This document shows, one piece after another, positions 1 to 13,936 of a stretch of DNA of 64,000 nt (the stretch's first letter is position 1; every line of letters begins with the position of its first letter). A program made the position numbers and the translations under genes. A model generated the notes under the pieces. That model searched no databases. It had not been told where the DNA came from and saw only the letters and a list, made by a program, of their open reading frames with translations. Source of the DNA: Thalia democratica (lineage: Eukaryota); NCBI GenBank assembly GCA_965202585.1, contig OZ241826.1, positions 91,822,001 to 91,886,000 of the forward strand, given 5' to 3'.

Positions 1-205
1 GCCTATGTGGCAAAAAACGTTAACTGAAAGCGTTGAATTTAATGATATAGAAGAAAAGGATGGAAAAGTAATACATTAGAGATGAACGGGTCAAATATAC
101 ATCGTCCGCGGGCCGGATTCCGTTTAAATTTAAAAAAGGTTTGGGGGCCGGTCATTTTGACTCTGGGGACCGTATTCGGCCCGCGGGCCGTACGTTGCCC
201 ACCCC
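1..205. mobile_element. Right end of a non-autonomous hAT-like MITE (Tip100/MER45-type terminus)
   Basis: Ends GGCCCGCGGGCCGTACGTTGCCCACCCCT with an internal CCGCGGGCCGG repeat. Same terminal style as the element at 15564-15891. Left end lies outside the window. Confidence 0.55.
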
Positions 206-1849
206 TAGTATAGCTCAAAAACATAATATTATAGAAAATTACAATTTCATTTTTATACAACAGTTTAAATATTGACAGTTGTAAATATTGTATACAAACT
301 TCGTTACAAAAATTAAAAAAACATTCTTGGTTCTAGAAATAGATAAATTAGTACTTAACTAAAAAAAAAAAGTAAAATTTTATAAGTTTGATGGGTTTTT
401 TTTTTGATGGGTTTTTTCCAAACAAAAACTTTTCAGTAGTGCGTTAATTGTAACAATAAATGTTGTAAGTTGTATTGTATGTCTCTAAATTGTTGAAGTA
501 TAAGTTAATTAAATTAAAGGTCTTGATAAACTACATATCAAAAACAAGTACCAAAATATTATTTTATGCAGAAATTTTCATGTTATATTTATAAAACTTT
601 AAATTACCTCATAAAAAAATAATTAACGCTTTGATAAAGTACTAATTTAAAACAAATATGTACCAAAAAACTTTGATAGTTTAATTCTTGTAACTTAATG
701 GTCAGTAAAAATGTTACTTTTTAGCTTTAAAATTGAAATTTTTAAGTTTATGTAGTTAAATATTAGCTTGGAATAACTTATGGTAAATAATTTTAATAAA
801 GTAACATACAAGATTATTTATCTTACTTAATATTATTACTATGTTTCTGATTTACTTGAAATTAAACAATAGATTACTTAAGCTTAAAAAACAAAATTCC
901 ATAATGTCTAATACAATACTTGGTACAAAAACGTAAAACGAGCTAATACAATTTTTAAACAATAAAAATTTTTGTAAACCTATTGTTTCAAGTTTTTACC
1001 TTAGCTAGTAGAAAACTTTATTAAATGTTTTAAAACTTATTACAATAGCTATTTACACAATTAGCTAGTTTTATTCATACAATATACTTAAGCATTATTA
1101 ACGTACAAAGAAAAAAGTAATAACCAATTACTCATTCTTCCCAGGCTTAATAAATACTCAACCATTTTAAAAGTTTTTAACTAATATTGTTAGAGAATTA
1201 TCTTTAGGTAAAAATATTAATGTTTTAAACTAAATAAAAATAAAATATGTAATGTATTAAATAGCGTTTTTCAGAATAAAGCAGGATTTATAAAACGAAT
1301 TAAACTTGTGTCTTTTGGACTTTAAACGTTTTTTATGCAGAAGAACTAACAAATAAAAATTTATTAGAGCAGCATTGTTTTTATTGAGAAATAAGTATTT
1401 TTATGTAGAATATCTTACACGTTAAAAATAAAACTTTGTTACTTTGTAGCGATTAACCCCCAGGACAACAGCTAAAAATATGTTAAGGCTTTATAAAAAA
1501 ACTACTTTTTATTTGAGTCAATATTCATCCAATTATTTTAAAAATATTAATTTAGAAACATGATTACGAAAGTAATATTTGCACCAAAACTACTTTTAAA
1601 AAATAAAATACAAAACAAAAATTGGTCTGCAGGTCAAAATAAAATAAAGTTTCAAAATATTGTTTAGGTGTCAAAAAACGCATTAGCACTGACGAGCTCT
1701 TTGAGCTAACCTTATTTTTTCTTAATAAACTTTTGCAAAAAAAAGTGTATTTCTCTCCGTTTACAAGTAGAGACTTCTAACTGTTTTTTCATCAACCGAA
1801 CCTATATAAACAAACTAATTAAATAAAATCAAAGTAATTATTTCAACAG

Positions 1850-2253
1850 GTTGTTTGTTAAGTAAAATGAGAGCGACCTCAGACGCCGACTTCCACTTGG
1901 GACCGCACAAGCATCGTGACGTCAACACCTTCGAAACCAAAAGCGGCGTTTTCTCCTTCTACCCGATGACGCGGAAGAACCGCGCGGGGGCGGGGAAGTT
2001 TTGCAGGGACAAGGGAGAAATACTCGCCCCCATAACCAACTGGGTTCTTTGGCAGATAAAGAACTTCACCGACGGCTGCACCAACTTTGGCGGGGGCCGC
2101 ATCTACGCGACGGGGCTCGACTTTGTGGACGACAAGATCAGGTACTTCACCAACGGTAAAATTTACGACGAGGCCGTTCACGGGGGCTTGTACGGGAAGC
2201 TGAGCGGGGGAAACTACCGTATTTCGATATATTTTTTTACTAAAGCTAATTAA
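1850..2253 (+). CDS. C-type lectin-like domain exon, apparently incomplete
   Basis: GC-rich exon after acceptor TTTCAACAG (1849), ATG at 1867. FSFYPMTRKNRAGAGKFCRDKGEILAPITN fits the CTLD helix-1 pattern (A..FC....LA.I), followed by YATGLD and YFTNG. Ends at stop 2253 or at a possible donor GTATTT at 2219. Flanking exons not found. Confidence 0.55.
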
Positions 2254-2329
2254 GTTTTAACTTGGGGTAGTTTTAAATTCTTTAAACAACCATATTTTAA
2301 GAAATGGAATTACATAAAAATTGCTTCTT

Positions 2330-2588
2330 GATATGTGTTTTATTAGTTTTAAATAAAGTTTAATATGGAAAAGTATGAAAATGACACATGCGTGTACTTT
2401 AAAAAAGATAAATTTATGAAAAAAAAAGTCGAACTTTGAGGTCTAAAAAATGTATATTAAAAGTGTTTTTATCAAAAATAAACAAGTTTATCAATAACTA
2501 CAAAGCCTAGGGAACGTATTGATATGTGTATTATTAGTTTTAAATAAAGTTTAATATAAAAAAGTATGAAAATGACACATGCGTATAC
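2330..2588. repeat. ~68-bp direct repeat pair (2330-2398, 2521-2588)
   Basis: GATATGTGT..TTATTAGTTTTAAATAAAGTTTAATAT..AAAGTATGAAAATGACACATGCGT occurs twice. Confidence 0.8.
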
Positions 2589-2897
2589 CATGATATAATT
2601 TGCAAAATATTAGCCTATTTTAGCAGTAAAATTACTTATGCGGAATGTTAGATGCTCGATTTTTCATAATCTTAGCCTAGAAATTTTATCCCAAACAGAT
2701 TGCAATTTAATACATATTTAATAAGCATGTAAAAATTTAAGAGCAATGAAAAACTAAATTATATATCAATATAAATGCACATGCAACAGATACTATAAAG
2801 TATTTCCTAAATAAAATGTTCACAAAAGCATATTAGAAACAGACCATAATCAATACAGATAAAACCTCAAAACCTATGATAAAGAAAGTATCTTGTA

Positions 2898-3652
2898 CAG
2901 GGTTTGTAACTGTCAGGCCAATTCAAGCTGAATCAGTTTTTTTTTTAAACTGGCAAAATGTCAGTTCAGATGATTTAAAATTTCTAACTGTCAAATTTTT
3001 GTAGTTTAAATGCTTGATAATTAAAGAATCATTTTTGATTAGATTATAAGTTTTAAGAATTAATTTTTAATAACTTTTTGGTTTTTGAGCCTAAATTTTA
3101 CTTAAATTTTGGTAAGATGTCAGTTTTTGTCATTTCAAATGCTTGAAAATTTTTAAATTAAAAAAAAAGTTAATGGAAATTTTTGAATATATTTGTTTCC
3201 AAATTAGAACTTTGTTTTGGTAAGGTACTTTTTGACATTATTGCTTCAAATCTTGTGTTTTTATAAAAGAAGTGTTTGAAATTTTACTTAACAAATAGTA
3301 TTTACTTCTTAGAAAAAAAACCTAAATTTTGAACAAAAAACACTAAAAAGCTGTAATTTTGAACAAAAATCACCGTAAAATCTAGAAAAACCTGGAATTA
3401 AAAAGAAAGTTTTACATGGTTAGTTGTAAAATTTCGATTTGACACAAATAATATTTTATAAATTTAAAGTTTTCTTTTCATCATCAAAAGTTTTTTTTAA
3501 AATGTCTTTAAAGAAGCTTCATGATATCTTTTCAGTGTTGTTAACCCCAAAATTAATTTTAAACTAAAATAGTCCATAACATGTGATTTTAAATACCTGG
3601 AAAATTTTTTGTAAACCTTGAAAAAATATGTCAAAATCATTTGGGAACCCTG
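2898..3652. mobile_element. Composite CAGGG-TIR MITE remnants
   Basis: Starts CAGGGTTTG, ends GAACCCTG. 3311-3652 aligns by eye with the element at 20937-21349; 2898-3150 resembles 7357-7450. Confidence 0.5.
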
Positions 3653-4829
3653 TTAAAAATTAAATGTTTTATTTCTGTAGCAGTTCAAAAACAATTCACT
3701 TTCCAAAAACCATAGTATTTATAATGGTTTTTGTGGCCATACCTAGTTTTATGCTTAGAAAAAATTATAAGTATGCTGAAACATCTTAGATTAAAAGATC
3801 ACACACTGCTAACTACTCTAACTTTGTTTTATCTAGTTATAAGTCAAAACATCAAAGGTAAGAAAAAAAGTTAGTCTAAATTTCTCTAAATTTTTGAATT
3901 TTCCATACTAACTCTGCATATAATAAGCTGCTATCAAAAGTAGGTGGAAGGTGAAAACTTCTAGTTTTCAACCAGAATTGTCCTTGTGAAGGAACTTAGG
4001 CCAACTAAGTATTGGCTGATTTAAGCCTACTAAGGTTAGTTTTGATTTTTGAAAAGGTCAGGCTAGTTGTTTTTATTTAATTTTAGATGAATTAAAGCTG
4101 GCTTAATTTATATACTTTGGTGTTTTATAGGTCATATTCTATTATTTAATTTTTTATGACTTAAAAATATTAGTTTTTATTATTTTTTAAACTTCTTGCC
4201 TTGCTGATAACTGTGATTATATAATACAATTTATTTCATTTCTGGTTATTCGTATTTTTTGACTCAAAGAGAGGTGACCCTGTTGACAATATTTAGAGAA
4301 ATTTTGAAAAATAAACTTAAAATACCTTTAAATTTTGAATTAAAATCACTTTGATACCTGAGAAAACTTGTAATTTTAAGCTGTTTTAACATTTAGAACA
4401 ATTAAACTTTAATTAGATACAAAAATCTATTATCTACAAATATATATATTTTATTTTCACTAAAAAACACAATTTAGATATAGTTTTAATGGCTTTTGAA
4501 TATTTTTATACCCTTTAAGAGTGTTTTTTACTTTAAATTTAATTTATACTAAAAATGGACAAAAGTCCTTGAACTTTTAAAAACCTGGCAAAATTTCTAA
4601 AATATTTTGCCATCCTAGTCATAGTGGTCTACAATTAAAGCGTAAGAATGCATGACGGATAAAACATCCTGGAAAATATAAAATACTGATAGCTTTAAAC
4701 CAGTGTAGGAAAACAAAAGTTGCATCTTTCATATTTGTTTTAAGTGCCTACAAAACAACAACATGTTTTCATTATGCTCTTCTCAAACAATAGTTACTCT
4801 TTCAAATTATCCTATAAAAATCTAAATTG

Positions 4830-5450
4830 CTGCAAGCAACTCTTGTGGTGTTTTGGCTAAAGAGCTTGAACCAAAAACCTTTTTAAACTCAACAATTATG
4901 TGTTGTGAGCAACAAACCTCAGTTTCCATTAAAACCAAACACTGAGGTACATTAAGTTGACATTAAGTAATGAAGACAGCCACAGCTATTTTCTTCATAG
5001 CTGTATGAAGTTGTCTATGCATCAAGCTTGGGTTTTTTAAAGGTGTAAAGGGTAATATTTTCATTTTTTATAACTTAAATTTTTTATTTTACTGAATTCA
5101 CAATTTGATTTCACTGAAGGCAAGGGCCAATATGTCATTGATGTATATAATATGTAATACTTGTATTAATTATTGTTTTAGATTAAATTAGAGAGTATTT
5201 CAAAGTTTTTAACATTGCAACCAAAACCATGGCACATCCTGACTTTTGGTTGCAAAACTCAGTTAACCTACTTGAAGTAATTTCCTTAGAGTGTCAGGCT
5301 AAAGGTTTTTTAAATTAAACTTTCAGTGAGTATTTTTTATCTAAAAGATCAATTTATGCTTATAGATGCCAAATTACAGCAATTCTAAAGAAGTGCTGCT
5401 CTCTCAGTATTCCTCATTTTCATGGTTAATCTTTGGTCAATTTAAAGTTT
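4830..5450 (-). mobile_element. Decayed non-LTR retrotransposon (LINE) reverse transcriptase fragment
   Basis: Minus-strand translation across stops and frameshifts gives an SGVP-like segment (~5235), IIYINDILALAFSEIKL (~5110-5160) and YLSVWF*WKLRF (~4915-4950), in the order expected for LINE RT (GVPQG / LYIND / W..W.L.F). Confidence 0.45.
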
Positions 5451-7922
5451 AAAGAGGATTTTTTAGGATCATCTTTTAGGATGGTATTAGGTGTTGCTAA
5501 GCTCATTGTATCACTTGTATATCTGTTGATTTAATTATATCTGATGATTACTTTTAGTTGCTTTTCTTTGATTGACACCCAATAATGGCAACATGCTTAG
5601 CTATTTTAACCAGTATTTATTATTAAAATTCAAAACTTATTAATTTCAAGAAAAAAAAATCTTCTTGAAGTAATCTTAGTTTTTGAATTGCTTTCAAATT
5701 GTATTTAGTAAGTTACCAAGTTGTCAAAAAAAACTACACCACATTTAAAACTATTGTTTTATGTTATCATAAGTATATTTTATTAGATTTTAGCAACTTT
5801 ACTCAATTATTAATGCCATTGGATGTCAAAATATTTTTTAAAGCTTTGAAGGTTAGAATGGACTAAAAGAATTCATTTGTAGTTACAAAATGTATTGATT
5901 ATTGGTATTGATTATAACAATACAATTATATGTAGAGTATATATATTTATTAGTTTAAATTAAAAATATGCTGGTATTTAACATTTTTATAGGACTTCAA
6001 GTTTAATAAAAAATGTTTCTTTCATAATTTAAATTAATTTCTCCTCAAAAGTTAAAAAATATGACTAAAAATGAAACATTATTTCATACCTTCACGAATA
6101 TACTTATACAAGAAATAATTTATTGATTTTAAAAAAATAGAATTAGAAAAAAATTAAATTAATTGTTAAAATTCTATGGATAAAGAAAAATTTTCAATAA
6201 AATGGTAATTTTTTGTTATTGTTTAGGTTTGTATCTTCAATAAAGCACCTGTTCAAGTTTCATACTTAAATCTGTTATATCTTAAAAAAGGAAAACTTTT
6301 AATTTCAAAAGTTAGTAAAAGTCAAGTGACAGCCTTTGAAATTCTGCAAAGTAGTACCGAATTATAATATAACTTTTTCCCCCTCTTCATGAAGAATTAT
6401 GGCCAAGGGGATAAACATTTTAAAAAAAGTTACTCTTACTTATTATAAGCTTTTCACTGCTTTTAAAATTCCGTTTTAAGATGTAAACTATCTTAGTTAG
6501 AGAGTTCAATAGGTTCCTTATGGAAGACAAAAACTAAAATGGCTTAAATTTCTGTTACATTGAAAACCTTTACCCTCACAAATTTCCAGCTATATTTTTA
6601 AGCAGTATAACTTTTATTCAATAAAGAACTACTTTTTAGGAGGTTTAGAAGGTATAACTTTAACCTAGATGTTGTTCAATTTCAAAAAAAAAATTTTTTG
6701 TGATATAAAGTTAAAATTTTCATAAAAAAGCATTTAAAGTTTTTAATATTGCATGAAATGTTTTCTGAGAACTTGAAGCAAGTTACTTTAAAAGCATTGG
6801 AGGAAACAAAAATGAAGGCACATTTTAATTTTCTATAACAAGTATTATATACTTATCTTGTATGGTTTACAAATAAGAAAGGAATTTAGTTGATTAAAAG
6901 AAGTTGGACCCCTTATGGTGATATTTATTAAAGTAAAGTCCTTTGTAAATTTATTCCAGTTTTATTTATAGAACTTATTTAACAGTACTAAAACACAAAT
7001 AATATTAGACTTAAAAACTGCTGTGTACATATATTACATGTGATTAAAAAAAACTAAACGAGTGACTTCAAAGCAATAACTCTGTGTAAGAATATGTAAA
7101 TTTATTGTTATCTAATTTTAGATTTTAATTGTAAATATTTTTCTGTTTAGAATTTTCAAGTTAGTTATGTTTGACTTTAAGGTAATACGTTCTTTGCAGG
7201 ATTTAAAAAAACTTTTTATGGAACACAGTGAAACCATTGTATTAAATTTATAGCAAAGAAAGGTTTAAAAAAAACCATTCAATAATGTGTTTTTTTATTA
7301 TTAGTTTATATAAATTGTACTCAGAAAGTTTGGAAAGCAACAAAAAGAAGATAAATCAGGGTTCATACCTGTTAGGCTATATCAGTTTTTTGATAATGGC
7401 ATAATGTGAATTTTTGTTAGTAGTTCAAATGCTTGAAAATTTAAAAACACTAGGAAAAATTTGAATGAAATAATTCAAGAATACATAATTTGAACTATTC
7501 CAGTATTATTTCTTGAATTAAAATGCATATTTGGTAAAATTTAACAAATATTGACAAAATATCAGGACTTGTCACTACAATAATAACTTTCAATTAGTGG
7601 TCATTGAAATTAAAGCTTTTTAAAAGATTAAAAAGATAAAAAATAAGTTTTTGATGGTATAACAAGTTTTAGAATAGTTAAAAAAAGTAATAAATAACTT
7701 AAACAAAATAGCTTTGAATTTTTTACTATTTTAAAGGTTAATTAGTACTCTTATGACAACAACTATTGAGTAATTTGTACTTTATTTTATCAAACTTTTG
7801 TAAAATGTCAGTAGTAATAACTATTAATGTTTGAAATTAAGATAGTAAATCAACAAAGGGTTACTCTAAAATATTGAAAAATGTTTCCCGCCAACTAAAG
7901 GTTGTACTTCCCTGGTATAGAT

Positions 7923-8067
7923 CAGGGTTCGCCAAAGTGAGCAATATTTAGTAAGAGTTTATCACTGGTAAGGAATGTCAAAGTAAATTGGTTGGTAAAT
8001 AGTAAAAGGATCAAATTTTAAAGTTTTTGCAAGGGGGTAATTATGAAATTAATTTTTGGAAACCCTG
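7923..8067. mobile_element. Short CAGGG-TIR MITE
   Basis: CAGGGTTCGCCAA ... TTGGAAACCCTG, with degenerate 8-bp flanks GTATAGAT / GTATAAGT. Confidence 0.55.
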
Positions 8068-8730
8068 GTATAAGTTATTATTTTGAATAAGCAGTAACAT
8101 GTTTTTTATTTATTTAAAAAAATGCTTTAATTTTTGTGGACTGGCAAAAGTCAAGATATCATCCTGGAAAATCAATATACTTTTATCTATGTTTATCAAA
8201 CTTTGTTTCATGAACATAAAAATTCAAAATTTTTGTTTTTGTTTTTCAAAATATTTTTCAAGTAGGTAAGTAAGCTACATAATGTTTAATTATGCTTCAT
8301 CTAATTTAAAATTCGTTCACACATGAATTAAATCAAAAAGCTACATTAGACTCAATTAAACAATAAAATTCTAATTTTAATGGTATTTGTTATAAGAAGT
8401 AAGTAAATAGTATTTGTCTTTGTAAGAAAATAAATTTATTCTACTTTAGTAAAGATTTTATTATAATTGAGGATCTCATTAACCTCATTGATTACCTGAG
8501 TGAAATACTGTTCTATGAACAAATTTATTAACTAATAAACTTTTAGTTTTCTCATTCTAAAATCTTGAATTAATCTCGAATTCTTTTGTAGCTCAATTTA
8601 AGAACCTGGTCTGTTACAATTAAATCAAACTAGAATTACAATTGAGCTAAATTTAACTAAAATTTAAATTTTTGCTTATGCTGAAAAAAAGTAACTGTAA
8701 AAATTTCAGAAAGTTAAATAACACTTAAAA

Positions 8731-9031
8731 ATGGACCACGTCAAGAACATAATAGTGGTCATGTCCGGAAAGGGAGGCGTCGGCAAGAGCACACTGGCAG
8801 TCCAGATAGCCCACGGTATCCACAGAGCAGGAAACAAAGTGGGAGTTTTGGACGTTGACTTGTGCGGACCGTCCATACCCGCCATGTTTGGTGTGGACAA
8901 GGGTCACGATGTGATGAAGAATGCAGACAGCATGTGGATCCCGGTCGAGGCCCCAGCATCCAATGGCAGGACCATTTCCCTCATGTCCATTGCTTTTCTC
9001 ATTGGAAAGAACGACCCTGTTGTTTGGAAAG
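8731..9031 (+). CDS. NUBP2: Cytosolic Fe-S cluster assembly factor NUBP2 (Cfd1), exon 1 of 4
   Basis: MDHVKNIIVVMSGKGGVGKST deviant Walker A, DVDLCGPSIP, ISLMSIAFL, PVVWKG. No N-terminal Cys cluster, so not NUBP1. Donor GTAAGT at 9032, phase 1. Confidence 0.93.
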
Positions 9032-10869
9032 GTAAGTAAAAAAATATTTACATATTGAAATAAAATAAACTATTTACATTTGTTTTTAAAATTAATTATC
9101 TATTAAAAATTAAGTTTTTATATGGTTTATACTGATTGGAATTTTATTTTACTAAAATTTTTATAGAGTACATGTAATGTTATTTTTTTACACTCTGAAA
9201 ATACTTTTTTTGACTTGAGTTTTTTTAAATTTATTCGTAATTTTACATCACAACGGTATATAAAATAGATGAAATTATGTTAATTGATTTTAAATATGTA
9301 GTATATTGTCAATGATAAATTCTTATAGAAATATAGTTTTCTAGCCAAAAATTTTTGTTTAAACAACTTGTTTTTGGTATATAGATTTGAAATCTTTAGT
9401 AAGTATTAAAAGTTTTATTTATGATTTGTGTGTGCAATTTTTAAAAATGAGTTGATATTTTAAATTAAAATAATTTAATGATGTGTTTTTTAACTCCGAT
9501 ATTTACTCAGTAGTTTTCAGATAGTTGAAAAGTAAATAGTAAAAATATAAATATAGTTAATTCAATATATTGTTAATAAATAGATATTAATAAAAAGTTA
9601 TTAACTCTTTTGCTACCTTTATAATTTTGAAAATATTTAAAACCAACGAAATGAAACAAATACTTTTTGACATCAATTAAACTAAAAAGTGTAATGCCAC
9701 AGGGTGAATAAATATTTTTTCAAACAAAAATAAAATGAATATTGGTTCATACATGGAAATTAAAAGTATGAATTATAAGTAGTTTTTTAATGAGTATTAG
9801 AACTATCTTTTGAGATATGTTCAGTTTTAAAAAAGTTTCAGATAAAATGTCTGGACCACAGTTTTTTCAGAAATTAAAATATCACTGAAAATATATCTAC
9901 TTTTTCTAGTTTTTGAACTGAAGACTTCAATTTTTACAGCTATCATTTCTCAAAAAGTTAAAACATTTTTAGTACTTATTTTATAAAAAAAGGATAGATA
10001 TCATTTTTTTTTCTTAAATAATTTTTTTTTTTTGATATGAACTTTTTTAGTATAAATTTTCAAATTATAGGTGGTAAACTTTTGTTGCTTGTCTCACTTG
10101 TTTAAAATCTTTTGGGTTTACATAAATTTTAGAAAAATTCTAGAAAATTTAAGATATAAACTGATTTGACTCATTAATGTTGATCACTTGTATAACAAAA
10201 ATTACTTTGAGTTTTTAAATGTTAAACAGTGTCTCATCGCTAAGATATAACTCCACAAATAAGATCAGCTTGTAAAATAAGATGGACCCCTTTGGCCTTG
10301 ATTAGAAATATGGCTTTAAATCAGCTATTAAAGAAACTAATTTAGCAGCTTTAGCGCAAGTTTCGAAAACAGTAATCTGAAACTAGTATTAAGTAAGAGT
10401 TTTTAAAATATAAGTGTATCTACCAAAATGATCTAGGCTATTTACATGCTTTGGGAATAATCAGTTTCAAGGTAACATATAAAGTTAAATAGCAGGAAGT
10501 TATAATTGAATAATTTTTTACAAAATCAGTGATTTTGAAATTCTAAACTGAGAGTTACAACTTGAAAACGTTCAATACAATTTTAAACGTTTTTGTAAAT
10601 GTTCTCTAAGATTTTTTGAAAGATAAAAACTTCAATATCAAGATGCTATTAGATTTTATATAGATTTTATAAAAAAGATCAATTTTGGTTTCTAAAACAC
10701 ATTAATTAATTTGTTAAAAGATTTTATTGCTAATATAACTTATTGCTGTATGATTTAATGCATCAATTAGGGAGATACACTTATATTTAAACAATAAATA
10801 TTTGACATTTTCTAGGGCCAAAGAAAAGACCTTTTATTGCTAACAATACTATTTGCTGTTTACACTAAT

Positions 10870-11253
10870 CAGGGTTTCCACACATTCAGGGAATTAAGAG
10901 AAACTCAGAGAATTTTGATTCTTTTTTTTACTCAGGGAAACTCAGGGCAGTTTTAGTTTTTTCTAAAAATTTCAAGGAAGTTTAAAGATTTTTAAAAAAT
11001 CTCAGGGAATTTTTTTCTACATCTAGAATGAGATTTAGTTAATCCAGTTTCAATACTTTGTTCACAAAAGTTAATTTTATTAATTTTTAAGTTCTTATAT
11101 AGAATTTTTTAGCCTTGCGGCTAGTTTTTCAATATTCTTAGAATAAACATTTTTATTTTTTTATAAATAATAAGGTTTTTAAGGATTTGACAAAAACTCT
11201 GGGAATTTAAGGTTATTCAGGAAAAATTTTTGGCTTAAAGAGTGGCAACCCTG
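10870..11253. mobile_element. CAGGG-TIR MITE in NUBP2 intron 1
   Basis: CAGGGTTTCCAC ... GTGGCAACCCTG with internal CTCAGGGAA repeats. A related fragment lies near 19345. Confidence 0.65.
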
Positions 11254-11348
11254 ACTAAAAAATAAACAGTTATACATACTTGTATTATAAACTATTTTTT
11301 GTATATATATAAACTATATATATTATTTTGTATATTCAATTTTTGTAG

Positions 11349-11521
11349 GACCAAAGAAGACGGCCTTCATCAAGCAGAACCTGCTGGGCATGGTGGACTG
11401 GGGAGAAATGGACTACTTGGTGGTGGACACTCCCCCGGGCACCTCCGATGAGCACTTTGCCCTCATCACGAGCATCAGGCGACTTCCCAACTGCAAGGCC
11501 GTGCTCGTCACCACTCCGCAA
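11349..11521 (+). CDS. NUBP2: NUBP2 exon 2
   Basis: (G)PKKTAFIKQNLLGMVDWGEMDYLVVDTPPGTSDEH...VLVTTPQ. Acceptor TTTTGTAG, donor GTAAGT, phases consistent. Confidence 0.93.
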
Positions 11522-12024
11522 GTAAGTTTGTCATTACTGAGATAAGTTGAAGTGTCAATAATACATTAACATTGTTGTTACACAGCATTTTTTAAATGAC
11601 TTACTATGCAGTTTGCTTAGTCTTTTAAATGGAGTCGTACTTTGTAAGGAAATTATTAACTCTTATTTAAACGAACTATGATAAAATTTAACTTTTATGA
11701 AGTCTCATTTTTCAAACTAAACATAAATTAAAACTAAGTTAAAAAGGTGCACAGTTAAATTTTGGTTTCAATGGAGAATCAAGAAAGCAAAATGTCAACA
11801 GCAAGCTGCCTTTTTAATCAAGTTTGAAAAACTTTTGCATGTTCATTAGTTTTATTTTTACATAAATATCTCATCTGTTGTTTTTGAAATAATTAGTAGC
11901 TATTTATTTCAAGAGAAAAATAAAAACAGAAAATTATTAAGCCAAGCTATTGTTTTAAGTTTTTTTTTATATCTTTATTTTGTGTTTGAAATTTTAAAAC
12001 AACACAATATTTTCTATCCGCCAG

Positions 12025-12227
12025 ATGGCGTCGATAGGGGACGTGCGTAGGGAACTGCAGTTCTGCCGCAAGATCCAGTTGGAAATATGCGGGCTGGTGG
12101 AGAACATGAGCGGGTACGTGTGCCCCCACTGCAGCGAGTGCACCAACATTTTCTCCACTGGCGGCGGTGAAGCGCTGGCAAGGGAAAAATCAATAGAGTT
12201 CCTGGGACGAGTGCCGATCGACAGCAG
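12025..12227 (+). CDS. NUBP2: NUBP2 exon 3
   Basis: MASIGDVRRELQFCRK...GLVENMSGYVCPHCSECTNIFSTGGGE...FLGRVPIDS contains the CPXC bridging-cluster motif. Donor GTTGGT at 12228. Confidence 0.93.
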
Positions 12228-12664
12228 GTTGGTAGAACAATTTAGCTGATCTTAGTACAGTGCTTATTCACTTATCCAGACATCTTGGGCAAATTTATTT
12301 TGTAAACATGTCCGGATAAGCATTTTTCCGGATAAGTACAAAAAATAATATTTTTCTTTCAATAATATAAATGTTGTATATTATCAATGCATAACAAACA
12401 ATAAAAGCTGAGCTATTCTTAGTAGTACATAGATGATTAGACAAATCATTTTTTTAAAAGTTTTATCAGTGAACAAATTTTCGCTCAATAAGCTCATCAG
12501 TACATAAAGTTCATGTTCAAAAGGAATAAGAATTTAATTTAATTTTTAAAACATCAGAACGTATGACATCAATGTTTGTATTGGGTAGAGTATTGATACT
12601 TGTTTTCGTTTCAGATTTTTCGATGTTGATAAAATTTTTCTAACACAGTGTTTTTTTCTTGAAG

Positions 12665-12791
12665 GTTGGCGAGGATATTGGACGTGGGAGGTAATTTTGA
12701 CGAGAAGTTTGATAAGGACAATGATTGCTGGAGGAGCATAGACAACGTGGTAAAGAACGTGGTTAAGAATTTTAATGGGGAGGAAGAGTAA
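12665..12791 (+). CDS. NUBP2: NUBP2 exon 4 (terminal)
   Basis: Acceptor TTTCTTGAAG; (R)LARILDVGGNFDEKF...EEE*. Total CDS 804 nt = 267 aa. AATAAA at about 12824. Confidence 0.8.
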
Positions 12792-13893
12792 TTTATTTTG
12801 ATGCTTTTTTTGTTAGTTTTGAAAATAAATTAAAAAATTTAAGTAAAATTTGATGTAAAAACTGTCTTTTAAATTTGATTTGATATCTAAAAAACGAAGA
12901 AGTTTTTATGTAAAAATTGTCTTTTTAACATTTTACGTTTAGTAAGTTTAAATATTTTTTTATAAATATCCTCAGTTTTTAAAGTCTCACCTTTGTTAAT
13001 GAATTAATTGCAACTTTTTACTTATAAGTTTATTTGTTCTTTGTTTTATATGAATTAAAGCCCCAATATATAAAATTAAATTGAAGTTAATAAAACAATG
13101 TAAAATTTCTATAAAGAGTGCTATTTTTTTGAAGTTTGTTTTTTGTGATTATGGTGAAAATTTATAAAAAAAAGTTTTGAATTATTTTTCTGAGAAATTT
13201 TGCGTACTGATTATGTAAAAGCTTTGCTTTTACCGAAACTCTCAAGTTTTTTACCATTCTTAAGCGTTTCATTATGTTGTAGTTGTTGTAGTGAATTAAT
13301 TGATTAGTTGAAATTTGAAATCGAATCCTAGTATTGTAATAAAAAATTGTTTCACACTTCTAACAGTATTTAGTTTTGTACTAAATACTGAGCGTATTTT
13401 TCAAGTAATTATTTTAGCTCAAATAAAATTTTTTTGATTGATTTTTTAATTTTTTTTGACTATTTTTAAATATTGGATTGTACTAGAGTTTTTAACAATT
13501 AAAAGTTGCTTAAATTATCTCCTAGTCTGTGTTCTCATGATTTTCAAACTTTTTTTTTTTAGTTTCAGGTTAAGTTACAAATGAGAGTTACTTATCCATC
13601 AACTTAATACTTCAATTATTTTCACCTAGTCTTTTTTTTTTTTGATTTATCATCGTATATACAATTCAAGTTGTAAAATTATTATGAAGTCAATCCAAAA
13701 ATAAAGTCTTTATACTATTTAAATACGTTTCACCAAAACATCAGCGAAAGTCTGCAGAGCCTAAGCCTGAACTTTTGATGCTATGAGACAAGCTCAAGTT
13801 TAACAAAGGGTTGCTCATACCAATTCTGTCATCATACCGCAAGCCTTCAGTAGACTGAGACCGGTTTTTACTGACTGCGAATTTTTCGGTTGT

Positions 13894-13936
13894 GACTGAC
13901 CGATGAATCCTAATAAGGACGAAATCGGTCCCAGCC
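13894..13936 (+). ncRNA. Degenerate minimal type I hammerhead ribozyme motif
   Basis: GACTGA-CCGATGA-ATCC-TAATAA-GGAC-GAAA-TCGGTC-CCAGCC. Three changes from the canonical core seen at 23115-23145. Confidence 0.55.

Noticed and set aside
39-260. 73-aa minus-strand ORF
   Set aside because: Overlaps a MITE end and has no protein-like features.
8731-12791. NUBP1/Nbp35 or Ind1 identity
   Set aside because: No N-terminal four-Cys cluster and no targeting peptide. Length of 267 aa and the CPHCSECT motif fit NUBP2.
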